Source of the DNA: a virus
Taxonomy: Duplodnaviria; Caudoviricetes
Virus record (IMG/VR): IMGVR_UViG_3300045743_000846
Coordinates: 1-57,983 of that record
DNA length: 57,983 nt
Strand: one strand, 5' to 3'
A program made the position numbers and the translations under genes. This document shows, piece by piece, positions 48,845 through 56,277 of the stretch. Numbering within the stretch: position 1 is the first letter of the stretch; each line of letters opens with the position of its first letter. The notes under the pieces are model-generated. The model did not search any database, was not told the origin of the DNA, and was given only the letters and a program-made list of their open reading frames with translations.

Positions 48845-50515
48845 TCACACGGGCTTTTTTTGCCAACTTCCCCCCGGCACCACACCGGTTCCGGGAACCG
48901 GATTGGTGCCAAATGCCCGCCATACTGCACGGGCGGTGCTACCAGCATCGCTATCGCTACCACTGCTACTACCACTACCACTGCTACTGCTACTACCACT
49001 GCCACTGCTACTACCACTGCTACTACCACTGCCACTGCTACTACTACCACTGCTACTACCACTGCCACTGCTACTACTACCACTGCTACTACTTCCTCTG
49101 CTGCTACTGCTTCTACTGCCACTGTTGCCGCCACCGCTCTCCGGTGGGCTGTTGCCCGCATCTGCCGCGTGGCGTGGTGGGGCATAGTCGGCCAACAACA
49201 GGCTATATTCGTTTGCGGCCAGGTTATCGTTGCCTACCCTGTGCAAATACGGGTGTTGGCCTTGCACCTGACTGGCTTGCCATGCGCGTTTGATGGAGTG
49301 GGCGTCGTAGCGAGGTGGGGCAATGCCCGCACCGAGCAGAGCCGGGATGCGCGGATGGATGAAGGCCACCTGTTTGGCGGTGTTTTGGCCGCGCAACAGC
49401 AGGATCAGGGGCTGTGGGGCAGACTGCCCCTGTTGGCGCGGCAGTTCGATCACGGTATCGAGTTGCTGGTGCTGCACCACATAGCGCCAGAGTACTTGGG
49501 CGTCGGGATCGTGGATCAGGTTTTGTGGCACCACCAGCGCCATGCGCCCGTTTTCGGCAAGGCTGGCCAGCATGTGCCAGATCAGCGCGATTCTGGCATC
49601 TTGCGGAACTTGTACCGGGAAGCGTTGCCAAGTATCAAAGCGGGCAAAGGCATAATCCCATTCGGTGGCTTGCTCGGGCAATTGGCACAGGATCAGGTCA
49701 CTTTTTAATAGTTGTGCGGTTTCGACAGGGCTGCCGGGGGAGTGGATCAGGCTGTTCAGGAGTGGCGCGGTCAGGGTGTCGCCGCGCTGGAGTTGGTGAT
49801 AATCGATTTCTTTGGCCAGCAGGTACAGGGCGGCGCACGCCCATTGGTCGGGGTCGGTGGTTTGGCCACGCAGGCGCAGTAAATGGGTGCGGTTGTGGGC
49901 TTCGACATAGGCTAATACGGCAAACAGCAGTTGACCGGTGCCAAAGGCGGGGTCATATACGCTGTTTCTGCGCAGCGGGGCCAACAAGGTTGCGATGAGT
50001 TTAGCCAGATGGGCGGGCAACGGGTGGGCTTTGGGTAGCAGGTGTGCCATGGCTTGCTGGTAGACGGTTCCGGCGGACAGAAAGGGGGTGGCGGGGATGC
50101 TGCCGAGCAGTTGCATGATGTCGGCCCAAATGCTGTTATCGGCAAAGAGTGCTGCCCATGGGGCATCCGGCCCGAAGCGTTCGGGCCGAAAGATACGGTC
50201 AAGCTGCGGTTGTTGCTGACACAGGGTAAACAGGCTTTGGTGAATCGCGCTGCCAGCGTCATCTTGCCGCCATTGGCAGGCATCGAACAGGCATTCGGGC
50301 GAAAACGGAATCGGGATGGCACTGAGCATATCGGCCACGACGCTGGTTTGCCCGGCGCATTGGCCGGATACGAGTTTGCTTTCTACCCGGTAACGCACCG
50401 AGAGTTGTTGCCACATCAGAAGCGTGACTAATAAATCAGCTCCGATGGTTTGCGGCAAGCCAACCGGCAGGCGCTTTTGGGCTTGATCGAGTTGGATCAG
50501 AAAGGCGCTCATCAC
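48845..50515 (-). CDS. Type I R-M M-subunit (HsdM)-like protein lacking catalytic NPPF; Gly/Ser tail
   Basis: SVYDPAFGTGQLL, RGQ, RGDTLTAP, GRMALVVP, VIELP and ANEYSL; motif IV reads SDLILCQLPE. Confidence 0.8.
   Translation of the reverse strand: MMSAFLIQLDQAQKRLPVGLPQTIGADLLVTLLMWQQLSVRYRVESKLVSGQCAGQTSVVADMLSAIPIPFSPECLFDACQWRQDDAGSAIHQSLFTLCQQQPQLDRIFRPERFGPDAPWAALFADNSIWADIMQLLGSIPATPFLSAGTVYQQAMAHLLPKAHPLPAHLAKLIATLLAPLRRNSVYDPAFGTGQLLFAVLAYVEAHNRTHLLRLRGQTTDPDQWACAALYLLAKEIDYHQLQRGDTLTAPLLNSLIHSPGSPVETAQLLKSDLILCQLPEQATEWDYAFARFDTWQRFPVQVPQDARIALIWHMLASLAENGRMALVVPQNLIHDPDAQVLWRYVVQHQQLDTVIELPRQQGQSAPQPLILLLRGQNTAKQVAFIHPRIPALLGAGIAPPRYDAHSIKRAWQASQVQGQHPYLHRVGNDNLAANEYSLLLADYAPPRHAADAGNSPPESGGGNSGSRSSSSRGSSSSGSSSSGSGSSSGSSSSGSGSSSGSSSGSGSSSSSGSGSSSGSDSDAGSTARAVWRAFGTNPVPGTGVVPGGSWQKKPV
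48950..49125. repeat. Trinucleotide-based microsatellite (acc/act/gct) encoding a GSSS linker on the minus strand
   Basis: Repeated accactgctact units. Confidence 0.9.
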
Positions 50516-52038
50516 AGGTTGTCCAAAGGTTGTTGGTTGGCGGCGGGATAGTCGCGCCAGTTCAGGCTGTACTGCTGGTGGGCGATGCTGCTATGGCTAA
50601 TCGTGCGCACGTTGGGGTGGCTGTGGCGCGATTGGATGGCGTACCAGGCATGCAAGATGGTTTTGGCATCGTAACGGGCCGGGTAATCCGGTTGCGACAG
50701 ATCGGGCTGAATATCGGGCTGAATATCGGAATGGATATCGGCATGAATATCGGGCTGAAGGTCGGGGTCACGGGTCAGATCGGCATCCGGGTCAGCCGCA
50801 ATCGGCGCATTGGTAGAGCCGCTCTGGTTTGGGTTTGACTGAGCCGGAACAATGAAGCTAACGTGCCGCCTTTGGGCTTGTTTGATGCAGATCAGCAGCA
50901 GCAGCGCGCCATCCTGCCTCCAGGGTAACAGCGAGGGCGGCAGATCGATTACGGCAGATAACCCGTTTCTTAGCAGGTATTGCACCAAGGGTTGGGCGCG
51001 GGTATCGGCCAGCACGCTGGCGGGCACGATCAGGGCAATGCGGGCGTTGTGCGGGCGGGCGCAGGCGATGGCGTGCCAGATGTGCGCCAGTTCGGGCGTC
51101 TCGGGCAGGCCATGCGGAAAGCGCTGGGCAAAGATGCCAGCGGCAGCGGGTAAGCGCTCGGGTGTTGATCTTGCGACATGTGCCGCCGTGGCTGAATCTG
51201 GCCCGATGGCGCTTAGGACGATATCGGCGCTACGCAGTGCCTGTAGTGGTGGCATGGTTAGCGGCGCATCCAAAAAGCGGCCCCGGCTCAGGTTGGCGGG
51301 CGGGTAGCCATGGGCCAACAGGCGCAGCTTGGCGAGCGCGAGCTGTTCCGGGTTGGGGTCTTGGCCATACAGGTTCAGACTGGCTTGCACCGGTTCCCCG
51401 GCGCTTTGGGTGGTTTGCGCCAGTTGGGTGGCGCAGGCCATGAGTAAATCCCCTTGACCGCACAGCGGGTCAAGAATGGTTTCATGCGGAAACACTTGTA
51501 CCAGTTGCGCCGCCAGTTGTGCCAGCCGGGGCGGTGCGCCGTCTTCCTGCAAGCCAAGCTGTAGCATGGCGCGCTCCACCAGTGGCCCAAGTGGCATTTT
51601 GGGTTGATACCGGATAGCACCGAGTATGGTCATCAGGCTGGCCAGCACCGGGGTGGCGAACAGTTGGGCGGCAAATTCGCTTTGGTAGCCGAAGCGTTCC
51701 GGCAGCAGGATATCGTTCAGTGCGTGGTCGGGCTGCGCTGCCATCCAGCCATACAGGCTGGTGCGAATTGCGTTGCCGAATTGGCGTAGATCGGGACTGT
51801 GGCAGGCGCTAAACAGGCAGTCGGGGTGAAATTGTAGGGTGCTGGCCAGTGTGGCGGGTGTGCTGTGGCTTGGGGTGGGCCGGTGTTGCCAGGCATCGGA
51901 CAGGCATTTCCACACCAGCAAGGTCAGGATCATTGCACCGCTGGTGGCGCGCGGCATGGCTTTGGGCATCAGGTTTTGGGCTTCTTTGAGCCGGGTCAGT
52001 ATCGGTTGCATGGGTTGCATGGGTTGCGTGGTTGGCAT
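50512..52038 (-). CDS. Type I R-M M-subunit (HsdM)-like protein lacking catalytic NPPF
   Basis: HsdM_N-like ILTLLVWKCLSD; TILDPLCGQGDLL, LYGQD, ARIALIVP, AVIDLPPSL and QYSLN; motif IV reads ADIVLSAIGP; stop overlaps the next start. Start could be TTG 52062. Confidence 0.8.
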   Translation of the reverse strand: MPTTQPMQPMQPILTRLKEAQNLMPKAMPRATSGAMILTLLVWKCLSDAWQHRPTPSHSTPATLASTLQFHPDCLFSACHSPDLRQFGNAIRTSLYGWMAAQPDHALNDILLPERFGYQSEFAAQLFATPVLASLMTILGAIRYQPKMPLGPLVERAMLQLGLQEDGAPPRLAQLAAQLVQVFPHETILDPLCGQGDLLMACATQLAQTTQSAGEPVQASLNLYGQDPNPEQLALAKLRLLAHGYPPANLSRGRFLDAPLTMPPLQALRSADIVLSAIGPDSATAAHVARSTPERLPAAAGIFAQRFPHGLPETPELAHIWHAIACARPHNARIALIVPASVLADTRAQPLVQYLLRNGLSAVIDLPPSLLPWRQDGALLLLICIKQAQRRHVSFIVPAQSNPNQSGSTNAPIAADPDADLTRDPDLQPDIHADIHSDIQPDIQPDLSQPDYPARYDAKTILHAWYAIQSRHSHPNVRTISHSSIAHQQYSLNWRDYPAANQQPLDNL

Positions 52039-52199
52039 GAGTTGGCCGGGCGGTGATGTCAATCGGGTTCAAAAAAATGGGGGTGACGACGTGGACAGTT
52101 TGGCACGGCCAGTTTGGCACGGCACACCAAGCAGGCCATTCTGTTCGCCATCCCCCCATCAAACCTTGTCGTAGAGGAGACTAAGGATCGGTTGCCGGG

Positions 52200-52670
52200 T
52201 TAATTGGCCAATGGTGGTGGATGGGCAGCGGTGGACAGTGGTAAACCGTGTTCGTTCAGCATCGCTTGCAACAGTTCACCCAAGGCGCTTTGCTCGCGCC
52301 ACAGGGCGGCGCGGGCGCTGACCAGACCATCGAGTTCGGCCAGGGCGGTTTCGTGCTCGCTGCGGCCGGGGGTGGTTTCGGAGAGGTCAAGGGTTTTTTG
52401 CCACATTTCCTGATCCATGCTGGCCAGTTCCACGCTGCCATCGCGTTGTCTTGTCAATACTTCGAGCAAGGCGGTAAAACCGGTGGGAATCGGGTCGCCA
52501 GACGCTACGGCAAAGATGCTGCGGCACGCTGATGTAAAGGCAGAGAAACGCGGTTCCGTGCCAGTCAGACGTTGGTATTCCTGCTCTATCTGCCGCGCCA
52601 ATTTTGCAGATTGCGCGGTGAGGGCTTTGTGTATGAGTTGCAAGTCTATAAAGCTCGGTTGCTTGTTCAT
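52200..52670 (-). CDS. Hypothetical helical protein upstream of the HsdM-like pair
   Basis: ATG 52670 (MNKQPSF) after AAGG; amphipathic helices; the frame is open further upstream. Confidence 0.6.
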   Translation of the reverse strand: MNKQPSFIDLQLIHKALTAQSAKLARQIEQEYQRLTGTEPRFSAFTSACRSIFAVASGDPIPTGFTALLEVLTRQRDGSVELASMDQEMWQKTLDLSETTPGRSEHETALAELDGLVSARAALWREQSALGELLQAMLNEHGLPLSTAAHPPPLAN

Positions 52671-53590
52671 CGCGGTGCCTTGATCGTTCGGGGTTGGCTG
52701 GTACGGTCGGGTGATAAGGGGAGCGGGAACCGGTGGCGGTGGGCTAACTGGAGAGATAGATTTTTGCCACCGGCCCCGCTTTGCTACGCTTGGTAAGGCT
52801 GCTGATTGGGCAGCCTTGTTAATCAGGGGCACGGGTTGTGGCCAAGGCTGCGGCGCGCCCGTTTCAGGTAGCACAGCAAGCGGGCCGCTTGGTAACGCAT
52901 GGTGCGGCAGTGGGTTAGCACGCCGGACAGTTTCAGGGCCATGCCCCGGTAACGCGGGCGGGCCATGGCGGCGGGGGCGTGGTGCCGGGCCGCTGCGCGC
53001 CGGGGTTGCGAGTGCTGGCCGGGGCTGTGGGCCGGGCGATGGCTGGCCGGATGTGACCGGCCCATGTGGCGTGGGTGGTGCGTGGTGGCATGTTGCAATG
53101 TATGTTTCTGGTTAAGCATTTTTCAATCTCGGTAGTTTGGTTTGAACTGTGTTCATTAACGCTTGTGGCGCGGCCCCTGTGGTATGCCTTGGCTAGCTGC
53201 TTCGGGCAATGGGGTATTGCAAATGTTTCAAGTTATGGGACGGGTGCAAGGGCTTACTGACCCATGGTGTAAGCTTTCGGCCCTTGCCACCGTCGATGCA
53301 ACCATTTCCCTTACACTGCCATGCAGGTACGATTTGTTCTGCGTGGCAGATACATTTGTGCGTGGGTTTTTGAATGCACCAGGTACTAGCATACCGGCAA
53401 AAAGAGTCATACGCAACACGGAAATTAAATAAATTTCGACAAATGACACTTTTATCGCACCGAGAACGCTTTTTCCGAGGAAAACGCCGGTTAACTTAGA
53501 ATTTTTTGGCGACTGTTGAAAGATATGACTCATTGTGCAATAATTGCGACCTATTGCCAGACATCCTGTTTATCTCCCCGACATGACCAC

Positions 53591-54055
53591 ATGAATGATG
53601 CGCCCGTGCCAACCGACCAAGCACATCGGATTAAAGTAGAGCGGAAACGGCTGGGCAAGACCCAAGACCAAATCGCGGCATTGTGTGGCGCATCACGCGA
53701 AATGTGGGGGCGCTACGAACGGGGTGCATTTCCGATGCCGGGCAGTGTTTTTCGAGCTTTTGTGGCAGAGGGAGCGAATGCCGATTTTCTGAGGACGGGA
53801 ACCCATGCGCAGGCGTTGACGATGCAGCTAGCGCAGGAAAAGGAAAGCACTGCCGAGGCAACAGGTGCTGCATTTGCCCTGTTGCAGGCTGCATTGGCAA
53901 TCGGCACGCACATTGCGCAGTATGGCAATGATGCCCCGCTGGCATTGACGACAGCCGAGTATGCATTGGTGTTGGCGTACCGCGTGGCGAGCGTTGCACG
54001 CAAGGCTGATTTTCACGATCTGGTGGTGGCGCAAACCGAAAAAAAGAGGGATTAA
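53591..54055 (+). CDS. XRE-family HTH regulator (paralogue 1)
   Basis: RIKVERKRLGKTQDQIAALCGASREMWGRYERG..FLRTG; C-terminal LTTAEYALVLAYRVAS. Confidence 0.88.
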   Translation: MNDAPVPTDQAHRIKVERKRLGKTQDQIAALCGASREMWGRYERGAFPMPGSVFRAFVAEGANADFLRTGTHAQALTMQLAQEKESTAEATGAAFALLQAALAIGTHIAQYGNDAPLALTTAEYALVLAYRVASVARKADFHDLVVAQTEKKRD

Positions 54056-54211
54056 TGTGATATTTTTTTGAATACCTCTGAAGAAGCACAACCCGATTCG
54101 ATTTTAGGCGCGTCATTTGTTGTATTTTTGATTTTTTATGGTTTGCTAGGCAAAAACCTTGTTTCATACGGCGTGTTGTGGAATAATTCGCTACCTATTA
54201 CACTGTGGCAC

Positions 54212-54781
54212 ATGACTTCGTATACGACAATGAGAGAATCGCTTATTCCTGCCGACCTGACCCATCGGCTCAAAGTAGAACGCAAGCGGCTTGGCAAAAG
54301 TCAGGGCGAAATGGCTGATATGTGCGGCTCCTCGCGGGAAATGTGGGGCAGATATGAACGCGGCACTTATCCTATTTCGGAAGGCGTGTTGCGTGCATTC
54401 ATTGATTGCGGGGCCGATGCCACGTATTTAAGTACCGGCACCCGAGCAACCACCGTGCCGAAGCCACCGCTTGCGCGGGCAGTGCCGGAGGCGCAGCAAT
54501 CCACCATTACCCTGCCTGCCGCCACCGTGGTCGACATCGGCGCGGCCAATGCCAATACGCCCAACAACGGCATGTCTGCCCAAGCTGTGGACATGGCGTT
54601 TCAGGTATTGCATGCCGCGCTGACAGGTGGCCAGCACGCAGGCCAAGCGGACGGCGGCACGCTGCTTCGGGTTTCCCCCGCTGAACACGAACTGGTCATG
54701 GCCTACCGGCAAGCCAGTCTGGATCGCAAGGAGGTTTTTCATGATTTGGTCTTCGCGCAGAAACGCAGGGCAGCACTATGA
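54212..54781 (+). CDS. XRE-family HTH regulator (paralogue 2)
   Basis: RLKVERKRLGKSQGEMADMCGSSREMWGRYERG..YLSTG; C-terminal VSPAEHELVMAYRQAS; start 54212 or 54230. Confidence 0.88.
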   Translation: MTSYTTMRESLIPADLTHRLKVERKRLGKSQGEMADMCGSSREMWGRYERGTYPISEGVLRAFIDCGADATYLSTGTRATTVPKPPLARAVPEAQQSTITLPAATVVDIGAANANTPNNGMSAQAVDMAFQVLHAALTGGQHAGQADGGTLLRVSPAEHELVMAYRQASLDRKEVFHDLVFAQKRRAAL

Positions 54782-54791
54782 AGCACGAATT

Positions 54792-54819
54792 TTGCACGGC
54801 TGAACCTATCCGATATAAT
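54792..54819 (+). promoter_or_regulatory. Sigma70-type promoter for the peptide and membrane protein genes
   Basis: TTGCAC (54792-54797), 16 nt, TATAAT (54814-54819). Confidence 0.65.
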
Positions 54820-54851
54820 ACTCGCTCTGCCCACCACCTTGCGAGGATATT

Positions 54852-55019
54852 ATGTTTGATTTGCCCATTACCCCCGATGCTGTTTTGCCAGTTTCGCTTG
54901 ATCCCGCTGTTACATCCGGTGGCCCTTACCCGCCGCCGCCACCTAAATTTGCTTTTTTGCCGGTTTCGCTTGACCCCAATATCACACCAGGCTACCCGCT
55001 CCCGCCGCCGCCCAAATAA
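54852..55019 (+). CDS. 55-aa proline-rich two-repeat peptide (below the ORF-track cutoff)
   Basis: GAGGA RBS then MFDLPITPDAV-LPVSLDPAVTSGGPYPPPPPK-FAF-LPVSLDPNITPGYPLPPPPK-stop (translated by hand). Confidence 0.75.
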   Translation: MFDLPITPDAVLPVSLDPAVTSGGPYPPPPPKFAFLPVSLDPNITPGYPLPPPPK

Positions 55020-55088
55020 CCCGTCCGTTGGCAACCCGGTGACAGCGCTAGCAAGTAGCCACCCGTTAAACCGTTGCGCGGGGGCACA

Positions 55089-55937
55089 ATGACCGCGCCA
55101 ATCACCCCACCCAAAGTCACGTTAACGGATCGGGTCTTATGTTGGGTTGCCGTTATTTCTATTCAGCTATTGGTTACCTCGCAAGTATTTGGAAACTTCC
55201 CCAATAATCATATGATTTTGGTGGCGAAAGCAGCTATTGAAGTGCTGTCCATTTTACTGTTTTTCCGGATTAACGCGGGTGAGGTCGGGCGCGATCTGAT
55301 TGATTTGTCGCTGTATGAGTTGGCCGTTGAATTGTTGGTGCTATGGGCCTATTTTTTTTCGCCAACAATTTATAAGGTGGCGGCTGATGGGCTGGCGCTT
55401 ATTGTTTCAAACATGTTTTTCTTGGGCGCATTGGGGCGGTTGCTCTGGTGCAGTTTTCATAACGGGCGTTATGCATTGGCCGAATGGCCTGTTATCGGCC
55501 CCTACGGCATTGTATGGCGGCGCAAGTACACCGCCAGCGTCACGGGTGTGCCCGCTTATTTCCGGGTGGTGGCCACACTGATCATTTCGGCGGAAATTGC
55601 CGCCATTTTCTTACCCGCCGATTTTGGCATTTATCAGGCATTACCGGCGTGCATTGGCATGGTGTTGCTATGGCAATTCGCCCGCCCGGTGCGGCAGGAA
55701 GTGGTGGCCACCGTACAAGACGTGAACGAGCAGGCCGACAGGATTGACCAACTTGAAGACATCATCGAACTTGCCGGAAGAAAACTTCGCCCGGATTTGT
55801 TTGAATTCATGCCGCCGCGCGGGGATGTGCCGCCACCGCCAGCCGAAAAAACCAATGCCACCGTCACACCGCTACGCGTGGTGCCGCGCGAACCAGAACC
55901 GCCGAATGAGGGCGACAAGCCGGATAACAGTGGCTAA
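55089..55937 (+). CDS. Multi-pass membrane protein with C-terminal coiled coil; paralogue of 1715..2686
   Basis: ~6 TM; RDLIDLSLYE, RLLW and WPVIGPYG motifs; ATG 55089 after GGGGG. Confidence 0.8.
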   Translation: MTAPITPPKVTLTDRVLCWVAVISIQLLVTSQVFGNFPNNHMILVAKAAIEVLSILLFFRINAGEVGRDLIDLSLYELAVELLVLWAYFFSPTIYKVAADGLALIVSNMFFLGALGRLLWCSFHNGRYALAEWPVIGPYGIVWRRKYTASVTGVPAYFRVVATLIISAEIAAIFLPADFGIYQALPACIGMVLLWQFARPVRQEVVATVQDVNEQADRIDQLEDIIELAGRKLRPDLFEFMPPRGDVPPPPAEKTNATVTPLRVVPREPEPPNEGDKPDNSG

Positions 55938-56007
55938 CCGGTGCGGGCGCACAAAACGGAGAAGGTTCAACCATTACGATAATGCACGGAAAGCTTGTGC
56001 TGTGTTA

Positions 56008-56277
56008 TTAGCTGACGCGATTGGTATTACCCACAGTCGCCATTAACTTCGCGCCACAACTGGTCTTGTGTCCATCCAGCGCCACCGGTTTGCCATTGAT
56101 CAACCAATTGCCATCACCTTCGGCAATCACGCAATGGTTGTGCCCCGGTAGCGGGCAACTGCATTTATCACCGACACAGGCCAGTGCCTTACCCATCAGG
56201 TTGGTTTGACTTTGCGCGGTTTGTACCGCACCGCCATGGCTAGTTGGGTCGCCCAAGCGAATCGGGGCCACCATCAA
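56008..56277 (-). CDS. PAAR domain protein (T6SS spike tip)
   Basis: IRLGDPTSHGG..GDKCSCP..GH..INGKPVALDGHKTSCGAKL. Confidence 0.93.
   Translation of the reverse strand: MMVAPIRLGDPTSHGGAVQTAQSQTNLMGKALACVGDKCSCPLPGHNHCVIAEGDGNWLINGKPVALDGHKTSCGAKLMATVGNTNRVS

Larger units (their letters stand above)
1..55937. mobile_element. Temperate podovirus-like prophage (core 1..46806; right accessory arm to ~55937 tentatively included)
   Basis: Integrase, excisionase, repressor, replication, Q-like, terminase, portal, scaffold, capsid, tail and ejection genes in canonical order; no tape measure or sheath. attL presumably lies upstream of base 1 and attR was not found. The right arm is linked to the phage only by paralogy of 55089..55937 with 1715..2686. 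Confidence 0.85.

Noticed and set aside
48758-49708. Thr/Ala-rich plus-strand ORF and other ORFs across the microsatellite
   Set aside because: Antisense shadows of the HsdM-like gene produced by the stop-free repeat.
48845-52038. Functional type I restriction-modification system
   Set aside because: No hsdS or hsdR, and both M-like proteins lack N/DPPY/F.
54778-55092. 104-aa ORF MKHEFCTAEP from the ORF track
   Set aside because: It spans a consensus promoter; the alternative frame 54852..55019 has an RBS and codon-level repeat conservation.
46807-56007. attR or tRNA fragment
   Set aside because: No tRNA-like 3' end was recognised, and attL is outside the window, so no core repeat can be matched.
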